Assembly (NCBI GenBank): GCA_964566405.1
Contig: CAZMIN010000001.1
Location: 1,755 to 65,754, forward strand
Direction of reading: 5' to 3'
DNA: 64,000 bases
DNA from: Candidatus Woesearchaeota archaeon
GTDB lineage: Archaea; Nanobdellota; Nanobdellia; Pacearchaeales; GW2011-AR1
Both the position numbers and the translations under genes were made by a program. Under the pieces are notes generated by a model that saw nothing but the letters and a program-made list of their open reading frames with translations, was not told where the DNA came from and made no database searches. Shown here piece after piece: positions 1 through 9,940 of this stretch. Every line of letters begins with the position of its first letter. The stretch's first letter is position 1.

Positions 1-810
1 CCTCTCTTGATTTTCAAGAATATCAGAAGATTTTTCAACAAGTTCTTTTAATCCAGATTCAGAAGAATCTCCTATGTCTATCTTTCCAATAACTTTTTCT
101 CTCAATTTCGTGACCATATATTCCCCTTCAAGAAATTCATCTTTTGTTGGTATAGGTCCCCCGACAATGATTCCCTTAAGCTTTGGCATATCAAAAAATA
201 TTTTTTTCATTTCTGCCGCGATTCTCTTATAAAAATCCCTAGTCAAACCTTCTGTAATCCTATGAAAACGCTGACTCGATTGACCACCAGCCCTTACCTT
301 ACTAGGAACTCCCGAAGTCATTTTTTGCATAACTTCTATTCTCTTTCCTTCTAACAACCCAATAGTTGCTTCTTTCCTATCCATCACCAACAATCCAAAA
401 ACCTCTGAAACTTCAAGAAGTTCTTTTAAGGGCTCCAGAACAAATTCCTTATCACAACGATACAACCTACTCTTCAGATGTATTGGGGGTTCGATATCCC
501 ATAATTTCAAATCCTGTTGACCTTCAACACCAGAGACGTTCCCGGAAAAAAGAGCAAGACCTTTTTCAGGCGTTTTCTTCAGTGTCTTTAGATGTCTTAT
601 TATTTTCTCGAGAGCATCGATAACATTCTTTCTCGTTGCAGTTGATTTAATATTCTTAGCAGTAGATTTTTCTGCCCCGAGTTGCCTCTGAACAGAATTT
701 ACATCGTATCCTTCAGGGATATAAACCGTAATCAGCTCTGTGTGTCTTCCCCGAATCTTCTCGAGTTGCTCTAATACATCTTTAAGCTCTTCTTTTGTCA
801 GTTCTGTCAT
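1..810 (-). CDS. prf1: Peptide chain release factor aRF1, 3' end runs off the window
   Basis: Manual translation gives MTELTKEEL..., NIKS motif (AKNIKST) and GGQ motif (AGGQSSQRF); ATG overlaps the valS TGA. Confidence 0.95.
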   Translation of the reverse strand, partial: MTELTKEELKDVLEQLEKIRGRHTELITVYIPEGYDVNSVQRQLGAEKSTAKNIKSTATRKNVIDALEKIIRHLKTLKKTPEKGLALFSGNVSGVEGQQDLKLWDIEPPIHLKSRLYRCDKEFVLEPLKELLEVSEVFGLLVMDRKEATIGLLEGKRIEVMQKMTSGVPSKVRAGGQSSQRFHRITEGLTRDFYKRIAAEMKKIFFDMPKLKGIIVGGPIPTKDEFLEGEYMVTKLREKVIGKIDIGDSSESGLKELVEKSSDILENQER

Positions 811-3152
811 TTAAACTCCACCTTAAATTTACCTGTTTTTATTTCCGAAGCGTTTGTAACTGCTTTTAAATCTTGAATTAATTCTTTAATTTTCAATTTG
901 TCCTCTTTTGTAATAGTTAATATAATCTCAGAATTCATTGACTTTTGGGCTTTTGTTTTTTCTTGTCTAACCCTCCTTATTATGGCAATTAGCTTATTAA
1001 AGGTTTTATCATACGTGCCTTTTTCTAAATTCTTGTATTTAGGCCATTCACTTATATGAATACTTTTGCATTTCTCATATTTTCTGAAGTGGGTTTGGTA
1101 TAAATGTTCTGTGATAAAAGGCATTATCGGAGCCAGCATTTTAAGAATATCTAGAAATATTATATAAAGTGTATATCGGGCAGATTCTTTTTCTTGTTTA
1201 TTTCCATTATAAACACGCCATTTTATAATTTCCAAATAATGATCACAGAAATATTTCCAAAAAAATTCCTCTACATTAAATTTAGCTTTTGAGTATTCAT
1301 AGATTTCAAATCTATAAGTCGTGCTATTTATTAGAAGGTCAAGTTTCTTTAAAAATAATTCATCTACTTTTTCCAGTTTCCTCGGCTTCCTTGGTTTGGT
1401 TTTTCCAAGATTCATAAAAACAAACTTAGATGCGTTAAAGAGTTTTGTTACGAATTTTTTTCCAGTCACTACCTCTTTCTCTTGATAATCCAAATCCTCT
1501 CCTAGTTTTGAACCGGCTGCCCAGAACCTCAGTGCGTCTGTCCCATATTTTTTCATAACCTCTCTCGGGTGTATTGCATTTCCTTTGGATTTTCCCATCT
1601 TCTCCCCCTTAAGCGTAACAAACCCAGATATCATTGTATTCTCCCATGGAAGTTTCTTTTCATGGTAAAAAGACTTTACAATAGTGTAAAAAGCCCAGGT
1701 TCTTATTATATCATGAGCCTGGGGTCTTAGAGAATAAGGTAATTTTATTTTATTTCCAACTAAAGAAGATGCTATTTGAGGGGTCAATGAAGAAGTTGCC
1801 CACGTATCTAAAACTTTTGTCTCTGGTTCTGCATTTTCCTTACATTTAGGACATTTTTTTTCTATCTCAGAAGGATCTAAAGGAAGCTCTTTTTCTTTGG
1901 CAAGAATTATTTCACCACACTTCCTACAATACCATACAGGTATAGAAACTCCAAAATGCCTGTCTCGGGAAATACTCCAATCCCACTCTAATCCGTTGAC
2001 CCAATTTTCATATCTCTTATACATGAACTTAGGATACCATTCAATCTTTTTTCCTTCTTCAATCAGTTTCTTTTTCTCATCGAGAATTTTAATAAACCAC
2101 TGTTCTGTTGGTAAAAATTCTATCTCTGTTCCACATTTATCATGAACATTAACAACATGAGATATTTGTTTCTGGTCGATTATCAAACCTTTTTTCTTTA
2201 AATCCTCTAAAATCTTTTTTCTTGCTTCTTTTATCTTCATCCCCTTATATCTATCAATATTCAAGGTTCCATCATAATTAAAGATAATTCTTGGATTTAA
2301 TTTAAATTTATTAACAGCCTCAACATCAAATTTATCTCCATAAGAACAAACCATCATAACACCTGTCCCTTTCTCTAGGTCTGCAGATTTATCTTCAAAA
2401 ATAGGAACTTCATAATTGAACAAAGGAATCCTGGCTTTTTTTCCAATAAGGTTCTTATATCTCTTATCATCAGGATTTACAAAAATCGCAACACATGCGG
2501 GGATTAATTCAGGACGTGTTGTAGCGATAGGGAGAGCCTTACCTTCTGCTTCAAATTTAATTGTAGAAAAAGAGCTCGGAAATTCCTTGTCTTCTAGTTC
2601 TGCCTGTGCAATTGAAGTCTGACATTCAGGACACCAAATTGTTGGAAAATTCTTCTTATAGATTCTTCCTGCTTTGAACAAATCTAGAAAAGATTTCTGA
2701 GATATTTTCCGGGAGTTTTTATCAATAGTTGAATAACAAACACCATAATCAGCACTTACCCCAAGATCTTTCCATTGCTGAATAAAATCAGGAGTAATCT
2801 TCTTCAGGGTTTTAAGACATAATTCTATAAACTCTGACCTTGACATCTCTTTACTCTTAACTTTTTTTAATTTTTCGATAAGCCTCTCTGTAGGTAGCCC
2901 ATTATCATCTGTTCCAAAAGGATAGAAAACATTACCTTCAAACATTCTTCGAAATCTGGCTATAAAATCCTGCTGAGAGTACGAAAATGCGTGCCCCACG
3001 TGCATGTCTCCCGAGACAGTTGGTGGTGGTGTATCGATACTATAGATTTTCCCCTTATTCTTAGGGTCAAATTTGTATATTTTTTCCTTTTCCCAGAACT
3101 TTTTTATCTTTTCCTCCACCTCTTCGGCGTTATAATACTTCATAAAATTCAT
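807..3152 (-). CDS. valS: Valyl-tRNA synthetase, archaeal type, short C-terminus
   Basis: IDTPPPTVSG, HVGH, ATTRPE, WDWSISR, KMGKS; start may be 3143. Confidence 0.95.
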   Translation of the reverse strand: MNFMKYYNAEEVEEKIKKFWEKEKIYKFDPKNKGKIYSIDTPPPTVSGDMHVGHAFSYSQQDFIARFRRMFEGNVFYPFGTDDNGLPTERLIEKLKKVKSKEMSRSEFIELCLKTLKKITPDFIQQWKDLGVSADYGVCYSTIDKNSRKISQKSFLDLFKAGRIYKKNFPTIWCPECQTSIAQAELEDKEFPSSFSTIKFEAEGKALPIATTRPELIPACVAIFVNPDDKRYKNLIGKKARIPLFNYEVPIFEDKSADLEKGTGVMMVCSYGDKFDVEAVNKFKLNPRIIFNYDGTLNIDRYKGMKIKEARKKILEDLKKKGLIIDQKQISHVVNVHDKCGTEIEFLPTEQWFIKILDEKKKLIEEGKKIEWYPKFMYKRYENWVNGLEWDWSISRDRHFGVSIPVWYCRKCGEIILAKEKELPLDPSEIEKKCPKCKENAEPETKVLDTWATSSLTPQIASSLVGNKIKLPYSLRPQAHDIIRTWAFYTIVKSFYHEKKLPWENTMISGFVTLKGEKMGKSKGNAIHPREVMKKYGTDALRFWAAGSKLGEDLDYQEKEVVTGKKFVTKLFNASKFVFMNLGKTKPRKPRKLEKVDELFLKKLDLLINSTTYRFEIYEYSKAKFNVEEFFWKYFCDHYLEIIKWRVYNGNKQEKESARYTLYIIFLDILKMLAPIMPFITEHLYQTHFRKYEKCKSIHISEWPKYKNLEKGTYDKTFNKLIAIIRRVRQEKTKAQKSMNSEIILTITKEDKLKIKELIQDLKAVTNASEIKTGKFKVEFK

Positions 3153-3194
3153 AAATAAAGCAAGTTTTAAAAACTATTCATATTTCCATAAATC

Positions 3195-3353
3195 ATGGCA
3201 ACAGACAACAAAATATCCATGCCTGCCGGGTTCGGAGGGTTGATGCGGTTTGATGAAGAATATGCCAGCAAGTTTAATCTAAAACCCACACACGTAATAG
3301 TGTTCATAATTTTAATAGTAGCTTTTAGGGTTGTTCTGGGGATGTTTTTTTAA
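3195..3353 (+). CDS. Preprotein translocase subunit Sec61beta (SecG-like), 52 aa, not in ORF track
   Basis: MATDNKISMPAGFGGLMRFDEEYASKFNLKPTHVIVF...: GLxRF(D/E)E motif, then KP and a C-terminal TM helix. Confidence 0.9.
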   Translation: MATDNKISMPAGFGGLMRFDEEYASKFNLKPTHVIVFIILIVAFRVVLGMFF

Positions 3354-3354
3354 A

Positions 3355-3681
3355 ATGCTTGGTGGTTTAAATCCTAAAAAAATGCAGGCTGTCATGAAAC
3401 AGATGGGAATGTCGCAGGAAGAAATCTCTGCTTCTCGTGTAACAATTGAAAAACCAGACGACACAAAGATAGTGATTGAAAATCCCTCTGTTACAAGAAT
3501 AAAGATACAAGGCCAAGAGAGTTTTCAGATTTCAGGAGAAGCCAGAGAAGAAGGCGGAATCTTAGAAGAAGATATAAAAACGGTCATGGAAAAGACAGGA
3601 AGCTCTGAAGAAGCATCCAAAAAAGCTTTAGAAAACACTAGCGGGGATCTCGCAGAAGCTATTTTGAAGCTTAGCGATTAA
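3355..3681 (+). CDS. nac: Nascent polypeptide-associated complex protein
   Basis: GGLNPKKMQAVMKQMG N-terminus; UBA-like C-terminus GDLAEAIL; ATG at 3355. Confidence 0.92.
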   Translation: MLGGLNPKKMQAVMKQMGMSQEEISASRVTIEKPDDTKIVIENPSVTRIKIQGQESFQISGEAREEGGILEEDIKTVMEKTGSSEEASKKALENTSGDLAEAILKLSD

Positions 3682-3734
3682 AATCTATATCTTATCACCA
3701 AAATCTATATCAATCCTTAACCACTGATGAAGAT

Positions 3735-4205
3735 ATGGAAAAATTCCTTGAAAAGATTGAGGAAGCTGAAAAAACCATCCAGACCGCAGACCATATAATC
3801 TATGTCACTTTTCCATTAATAAAAGACAAGAGGCTTCTGTTAAAGGTTATTCAAGAGATAAAAACGGCTATCAGTAACTGTATCAGTTCAATTTTACATT
3901 ATGAATATCTCTACAAAAGGATAACATTATACAAAGATTCCAAGATAAACTTCAAAACATTTACAGAAAAATGTTCACCGAGATATCAGATAAGCAAAGA
4001 AGAGATAAAACTCATTCTAGAGTTATTCGATTTTGTGGAAAAACACAAAGAAAGTCCTTTTGAATTTATCAGAGAAGAAAAAGTTGTTATTCTCTCAGAA
4101 AATATGAAGCCAAAAACTCTAACCATTGAAAAAACAAAGGAGTTTTTGATACTCGCAAAAAACATTTTAAGAAAAACCAGAGATGTTATGAAGAGAAATT
4201 TCTAA
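3735..4205 (+). CDS. Hypothetical helical protein with ADHxxYV motif, possibly HEPN-like
   Basis: 156-aa ORF; N-terminal ADHIIYVT resembles the next gene. Confidence 0.7.
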   Translation: MEKFLEKIEEAEKTIQTADHIIYVTFPLIKDKRLLLKVIQEIKTAISNCISSILHYEYLYKRITLYKDSKINFKTFTEKCSPRYQISKEEIKLILELFDFVEKHKESPFEFIREEKVVILSENMKPKTLTIEKTKEFLILAKNILRKTRDVMKRNF

Positions 4206-4328
4206 GAAAAATATAAAAAGCCAACAATCTTAGTAAAGTACACTTCTAAAAGTAAAAATACCTCTAGGTTAAATAATAAGATGAGGAAAAAAGGAAAAAA
4301 AGATGCTTCTAGGAGTAGGAAAGCACCC

Positions 4329-4769
4329 ATGGAAGAAATAATTCAAGAAAAAATAAGTGCAGACCATCTTCTATATGTTAGCCTGAAATATACAAAAACA
4401 TGTGATGTTATAATGAATTTGCTTCTTAGATGGAAAAAAATGATTGAAACCAGTATCGACGAGATATTGAAACGTGCAAAAAAGAAGAAAAAGATTTCCT
4501 CAGTCTCAACAAATCCTGTGGGAAGAATGGAACAGGTGAGAAAGTTATTTAAGAAAGACAAGAATTTCTTAGAAGTAATTGATATGTACGAAATGTTTCG
4601 AAAACTTCATGAATTGAGGTCTGAAAGAATTGGGGAATTCAGAAAAAATGTCACCCTTAAGCTATTTTATAGAGGAGAAGAAGTAAACGTAAATTTGGAA
4701 CAGTTAAAAAAATATGCTGAAGAGTTAGAAAAGTTTATAAGTACAACAAAGCAATTTCTTCTATCATAA
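4329..4769 (+). CDS. Hypothetical protein with ADHLLYVSLKYTKT motif
   Basis: ORF; ATG 4329 preferred (GGAG upstream), 4281 possible. Confidence 0.7.
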   Translation: MEEIIQEKISADHLLYVSLKYTKTCDVIMNLLLRWKKMIETSIDEILKRAKKKKKISSVSTNPVGRMEQVRKLFKKDKNFLEVIDMYEMFRKLHELRSERIGEFRKNVTLKLFYRGEEVNVNLEQLKKYAEELEKFISTTKQFLLS

Positions 4770-4808
4770 AGAATAGTTAAAATTCTTAAAATAAAATTTA
4801 GACAAGAA

Positions 4809-5585
4809 ATGAAAAAAATCATTGTTATTACGTCTGGAAAAGGGGGGGTTGGAAAGACAACAACAGCCATAAACCTTGCATCAGCCATGAACCATTTCGG
4901 AGAAGACGTGCTTGTAATCGATGGAAATTTATCAACACCTAATATAGGAATTCACCTAAACTCTCCAGAAGTTCCAATAAATCTTAATCATGTTTTAAAA
5001 GATAAAGCAGATGTATTCGAAGCTGTTTATCAGCATGAATCAGGAATAAAGATACTTCCTTCTTCTCTTTCTGTAAAAGAGTTAAAAAAAACAAAGCCGG
5101 AAAAGATGAAAAAATTTAAAAAGGATTTCAAAAAGATGGCAAACAATATTATTGTGGATAGTTCTGCAGGTCTCGGTAACGAGACTAGATCTGCTATAGA
5201 GCTAGCAGACGAAATCATCATAGTCACTAATCCAGAGATGCCTGCACTTACAGATGCATTGAAGACAATAAAACTTGTAGAAGAGTTCGGGATACCTATC
5301 CTGGGGGTCATTGTGACGAGGGTAAGAAAAGATGATATAGAGATGCAGCCAGACATAGTCAAAGAAATGTTAGAGATTCCCATTCTTGGAATGGTTCCAG
5401 AAGACATAGCTGTCCAGAAATCTATAAATGAAAAAGATGCTGTGGTTCATATTTATCCAAAGAGTAATGCCGCAAGAGCCTATAAAGAAATTGCTTCTAA
5501 GATGTTAAACGTGAAATATGACTCAAAGAAAGACAGGGAAGGTATGTTCCATAGAATTCTACAAAAACTTGGTTTGAAAAAATAA
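4809..5585 (+). CDS. minD: MinD/ParA-family ATPase
   Basis: Deviant Walker A SGKGGVGKTT; C-terminal amphipathic helix MFHRILQKLGL. Confidence 0.9.
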   Translation: MKKIIVITSGKGGVGKTTTAINLASAMNHFGEDVLVIDGNLSTPNIGIHLNSPEVPINLNHVLKDKADVFEAVYQHESGIKILPSSLSVKELKKTKPEKMKKFKKDFKKMANNIIVDSSAGLGNETRSAIELADEIIIVTNPEMPALTDALKTIKLVEEFGIPILGVIVTRVRKDDIEMQPDIVKEMLEIPILGMVPEDIAVQKSINEKDAVVHIYPKSNAARAYKEIASKMLNVKYDSKKDREGMFHRILQKLGLKK

Positions 5586-5606
5586 ACAATATAAATAAAT
5601 TCAAAC

Positions 5607-5939
5607 ATGGAAAACGTAAAATTTAGCGACTGGCAAAAATTGGATTTAAGGGTTGGAAAGATTCTAAAAGCAGAAGATATTGAAGGGGCAGACAAACTCT
5701 ATAAATTAGAAATTGATTTGGGAACAGAAAAAAGAACTCTCGTTGCAGGGCTTAAACCATATTATAAAAAAGAAGAACTCGTGGGGAAAAGTTGTATAGT
5801 CTTCACAAACCTCGAACCAAAAACTCTAAGAGGAATAGAAAGCCAGGGAATGATTCTCGCAGCAGTCAGTGAAGATAAAAGCAAGGTGAGACTACTTCAG
5901 CCAGATGAAGACATAGAACTAGGAAGTAAGATTAGATAA
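5607..5939 (+). CDS. Stand-alone tRNA-binding OB protein (MetRS C-domain/Trbp111/CsaA family)
   Basis: LDLRVGKI, ADKLY, NLEPKTLRGIESQGMILAA. Confidence 0.9.
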   Translation: MENVKFSDWQKLDLRVGKILKAEDIEGADKLYKLEIDLGTEKRTLVAGLKPYYKKEELVGKSCIVFTNLEPKTLRGIESQGMILAAVSEDKSKVRLLQPDEDIELGSKIR

Positions 5940-5967
5940 ACCACATCTTGTTAGATGCATTGCTGAA

Positions 5968-6594
5968 TTATTCTGGACATAGAACTTCTGGACCTACACA
6001 CCAACATAGTATTGGTGGTTCTGTAGGATAACAACCAGGTTCAATTACCCACCCTGTACATTCATAATAATTTTCTCCAGGGGGGCAGCCATCTGTATCA
6101 CAGCTGAGATCCGTCCAAGTATAATCTTGTACACTGTGCCAACCATAACCAGTATCTGTTTTTCTCATACAAACCTCAAAAGAACTGCTTCTTACATCAT
6201 CCGCAGAACAAAAACTGCTTCTATACCTCAATAATCCGTCATTTACTTCATCACAAGTTCCCGCACCTGTAATTCTAGCCACTATATTTGTTAAACCAGA
6301 ACCATCCCCTAATAAAAAATCTGCATTTATTGTGCCATTAACATCCAAAGTAGTGGAGGGAGATGGTGTATCAACACCTACCTTTCCAGCATCATAATAA
6401 ATATCAGAACCACTCAGAGCCCATAAGCCTCCCCCACCTTCAACCTCACCAGCACTGTGCCCAAATGTAAGGGGATCGTTTGTACCATAAGCATAGACCC
6501 CGACACCTAATGCAAGAACAACTATAATTGTTATGAGGGTGTACAACCACCTGTTAGTAAAATTTATATGAAACTTCACCATCTTTATTATCAA
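5968..6594 (-). CDS. Hypothetical secreted or membrane-anchored Cys-rich protein
   Basis: N-terminal hydrophobic helix; W..SGSDIYY..GKVG..T..P...LDV.G segment; Cys-rich C-terminus. Confidence 0.7.
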   Translation of the reverse strand: MIIKMVKFHINFTNRWLYTLITIIVVLALGVGVYAYGTNDPLTFGHSAGEVEGGGGLWALSGSDIYYDAGKVGVDTPSPSTTLDVNGTINADFLLGDGSGLTNIVARITGAGTCDEVNDGLLRYRSSFCSADDVRSSSFEVCMRKTDTGYGWHSVQDYTWTDLSCDTDGCPPGENYYECTGWVIEPGCYPTEPPILCWCVGPEVLCPE

Positions 6595-6626
6595 TTAATG
6601 GAATTCTTTATTTAAATATATTCTGG

Positions 6627-8096
6627 TTATTTCTTCTTAAATAAAATTCCAGACTTCTTTATCTTTATTATTTTCAACGGATTTTCGAGTTCATTTAAAG
6701 ATATTTTAAACCCAAAACTCTTAGCAATTTTTTCAGAAGTTTCTGGAATAAAAGGCCAGAGAAGAATAGCAACTGCCCTTATCCCTGTTACGAGTTCAAA
6801 TAAGTCTTTTTTACTTCCAGTTTCCCAAATTTTTTTCTCTTGCACCCATTGATTCAAGGTATCAACAAATGCAAATATAGAGTTAAGTGCTTTATCAAAC
6901 TCATATCGTTCAATTAGTTCGCTAACATCCTCTACAACATTGGATATATGGACATCCACCCCAATTTTCTTAAAATCAACTTTATCATCATCCAAATACT
7001 TCTCAGCCAATACACTTACTCTTCTCACAAGATTCCCTAGTTTATTTGCCAACTCATTGTTATGTCTATCCTTCAAAGCTTCTTCTGAAAAATCTCCGTC
7101 ATCTCCAAAAGGTGTTGCCCTCATTAAAATATACCGTATACTATCTGCAGGATATTTTTTTACTAAATCCAAGGGGGCGATAACATTTCCCAAAGATTTA
7201 GACATTTTTCTACCTCCAACAGTTAAAAATCCGTGAACTATAACTTCTTTAGGCAAAGGAAGCCCTATGCTTAATAACATTCCTGGCCAAATTCCGGTAT
7301 GAAATCTCAACATATCCTTACCGACAACATGAACATCTGCAGGCCAATATTTCTTATACTTCTTATCTGGAAAACCAACCCCTGTCAGATAATTTGTAAG
7401 CGCATCTGGCCAAACATACATTACCTGATTTTCATCCCCTGGAACAGGAATTCCCCAAGGCAAATGATTCTTATCTCTAGAAAAACTAACATCTATCAAA
7501 CCATCTTTGATTAAACCTAAAAAATCATTCTTCCATTTTAAAGGCCTTATCTTTAATTTATCTGATTCGATAAGCTTCTTAATTTTATCAGAATATTTAC
7601 TTAATTTGAAAAAATAGTTTTCCTCAGAGATTTTCTCAATCTCTTTAGTTGGATGATCAGGGCATTTTCCATCAATTAAATCTTTCTCAGTAACAAACCT
7701 CTCACAACCAGAACAATACTTCCCTGTATATTTTTTCTTATAAATATCTCCTTTCTTCTCCAGTTCCTTCCAAACCTTAATAACCCCTGGCCAATGTACA
7801 TTTTTATCTGTAGTTTTAATAAAATAATTATTAGAAATATTAAGTTCTTTAGTCAATTCCTTAAAATAACCTGAATTTTTATCAACAAATTTCTGTGGTT
7901 TCAAACCAGCCTTTTTTGCCATCTGATAATTCTTAGTTCCATGCTCATCTGTTCCGGTTAAAAAGAAAACATCAAACCCCTTAAGAGACTTCCATCTAGC
8001 TAAAACATCTGCTTGAACAATCTCTAAGGCAAAACCTATGTGAGGGGGGGCGTTTGCATAAGGAATTGTTGTGGTTATGTAAAATTTATTCTTCAT
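6627..8096 (-). CDS. metG: Methionyl-tRNA synthetase, short form without C-terminal OB domain
   Basis: YITTTIPYAN, HIGF, GTDEHG, YVWPDAL, KMSKS. Confidence 0.95.
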   Translation of the reverse strand: MKNKFYITTTIPYANAPPHIGFALEIVQADVLARWKSLKGFDVFFLTGTDEHGTKNYQMAKKAGLKPQKFVDKNSGYFKELTKELNISNNYFIKTTDKNVHWPGVIKVWKELEKKGDIYKKKYTGKYCSGCERFVTEKDLIDGKCPDHPTKEIEKISEENYFFKLSKYSDKIKKLIESDKLKIRPLKWKNDFLGLIKDGLIDVSFSRDKNHLPWGIPVPGDENQVMYVWPDALTNYLTGVGFPDKKYKKYWPADVHVVGKDMLRFHTGIWPGMLLSIGLPLPKEVIVHGFLTVGGRKMSKSLGNVIAPLDLVKKYPADSIRYILMRATPFGDDGDFSEEALKDRHNNELANKLGNLVRRVSVLAEKYLDDDKVDFKKIGVDVHISNVVEDVSELIERYEFDKALNSIFAFVDTLNQWVQEKKIWETGSKKDLFELVTGIRAVAILLWPFIPETSEKIAKSFGFKISLNELENPLKIIKIKKSGILFKKK

Positions 8097-8126
8097 AAAT
8101 CTTTTAAAAGAAGAAGATATAAAAAC

Positions 8127-8477
8127 TTAACTTCTAAGTGTCAATCTTTCCAGATAAGGAATCATAGCTATTTCATCTCTTTCTGAAAGAGATCTATCCT
8201 TCCTAATATCTGCTGGCCACCTATAGATTTCATCGAAGTCTCTTATCACAGAATCACTAGAGAAAGAAAAGGCTACCCTATGTAAATCAGACCCCGGTAT
8301 AGAATGCTCACAAATATCATAAACATCTTTTGTGGGGGCCAGATGGGTTAAAAACCTACCCCTTATAATCTTTATCTGACCTGGTTTATTTATTATCACA
8401 ACAGTATATCTATTTCTAGACCTAACCTGTTCCCCTGTATCTGTTTCCATGTTCCACCTCACTAATCTCCTCACCAT
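8127..8477 (-). CDS. Hypothetical protein (orphan)
   Basis: 116-aa ORF filling the intergenic gap. Confidence 0.55.
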   Translation of the reverse strand: MVRRLVRWNMETDTGEQVRSRNRYTVVIINKPGQIKIIRGRFLTHLAPTKDVYDICEHSIPGSDLHRVAFSFSSDSVIRDFDEIYRWPADIRKDRSLSERDEIAMIPYLERLTLRS

Positions 8478-8490
8478 CAGATTTTAAAAG

Positions 8491-9903
8491 ATGGTTTGGT
8501 ATTTAATAATTATTATGATGAAAAAGATGGTGAAAGAAAATCTTTCTCTGAAAGAGAAGAAACACAGGGCGAGAAGAATCAGTATAAAAGAAGGCATGTT
8601 TGCCTCGGCAAAAACTTCTTTCGGATACAACTATATGGCCCCTTTTGCAATCGCAATAAACGCCAGCAGTTCTTTGGTAGCTATGCTAGGTTCCATAGCA
8701 GGCCTCTTGGGTCCGTTAAGCCAAATTTTTGGTTCTCGAATTATGGGAAAGTATTCAAGAAGAAAAATACTTCTAAACTCTGTTTTTCTGGAAATTCTTA
8801 TCTGGATTCCCATAATAACTCTAGCTTTTCTATTCTATAAAGGAATATTATTAAACAGTATTCCTTTTTTATTCTTTTTTTTCTTTTCTGTTTATGTTCT
8901 TTTTTCGAGTTTCGGTGTGCCTGCATGGTTTTCATGGATGGGCGACCTTGTAGATGAAAAATTCAGAGGAAGGTGGTTTGCAAAAAGAACATTGATAGTA
9001 GGTGTCGTCTCTGTCATTATAACAATAATTGCATCTATATTTCTAGATTATTTTAGAAGAAAAGAGTGGACAATGTTTGGTTTTATGATTCTTTTCTCTC
9101 TTGGTGCATTATCAAGGTTAGAATCTTGGAGAAATTTAAAAAAACAATACGAGCCTAAATTAAAACTAAAAAGAGGTTCTTATTTTTCTTTTTGGGATTT
9201 TCTAAAAGATACACCAAAAAATAACTTTGGAAGATTTTCTTTATATGTGGGTTTCTTATTCTTTACAATTTATATGTCTCTTCCGTTACTGGTGGTTTAC
9301 CTCCTTAGAAATCTGGGATTCAGTTATACCATCTATATGATTGTTGTCTTTACAGGGACCCTCATAGCAGGATTGACCCTTGCATGGTGGGGAAGATTTT
9401 CAGATAAATATGGAAATTACAAAATTTTGGCCATAACCTCTGTATTAATACCCACAATCCCTATTCTTTGGATTTTACATCCTTCTCCGATATACCTCAT
9501 ACTAGTTCCTTCTATAATCAGTGGAATCTCATGGACGGGATTTAATCTAGCCACAAGAAATCTCATTTATGATAATGTAGGTATCCCAAAAAGAGGTTTA
9601 GCAGTTTCTTATTTCAGAATGCTGCAGGGAATAGGGATATTTCTCGGTGCAGGCCTTGGAGCAATATTGATTAAAGTAGTAACTACCACAGTAATAGAAC
9701 CTGTTAAGATTATTTTCCTAGCTAGTGGAATACTTGGAATGGTTACTGTATTTTTTGGACTTCTAAAAATAAGGGAGGTCAGAAAAACACAAAAACTCGG
9801 AGGAAGAGATTTAAAAAATCTTATTTTAAAAGAAGGTAAGAGCAGTCTTTCTGAAGAAGTTCACGAGATATTGTCTATAAAAGATTATCTAGAGACTAAA
9901 TAG
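8491..9903 (+). CDS. MFS transporter
   Basis: About 12 hydrophobic segments; WGRFSDKYGN motif; true start may be a downstream ATG. Confidence 0.85.
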   Translation: MVWYLIIIMMKKMVKENLSLKEKKHRARRISIKEGMFASAKTSFGYNYMAPFAIAINASSSLVAMLGSIAGLLGPLSQIFGSRIMGKYSRRKILLNSVFLEILIWIPIITLAFLFYKGILLNSIPFLFFFFFSVYVLFSSFGVPAWFSWMGDLVDEKFRGRWFAKRTLIVGVVSVIITIIASIFLDYFRRKEWTMFGFMILFSLGALSRLESWRNLKKQYEPKLKLKRGSYFSFWDFLKDTPKNNFGRFSLYVGFLFFTIYMSLPLLVVYLLRNLGFSYTIYMIVVFTGTLIAGLTLAWWGRFSDKYGNYKILAITSVLIPTIPILWILHPSPIYLILVPSIISGISWTGFNLATRNLIYDNVGIPKRGLAVSYFRMLQGIGIFLGAGLGAILIKVVTTTVIEPVKIIFLASGILGMVTVFFGLLKIREVRKTQKLGGRDLKNLILKEGKSSLSEEVHEILSIKDYLETK

Positions 9904-9940
9904 TCACAAAGTATATAAAGAAAAATAAATATGTCTTACC

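Noticed and set aside
1585..1602. ValRS KMGKS in place of KMSKS
   Set aside because: Single tolerated-looking substitution with the catalytic Lys retained; not evidence of altered function.
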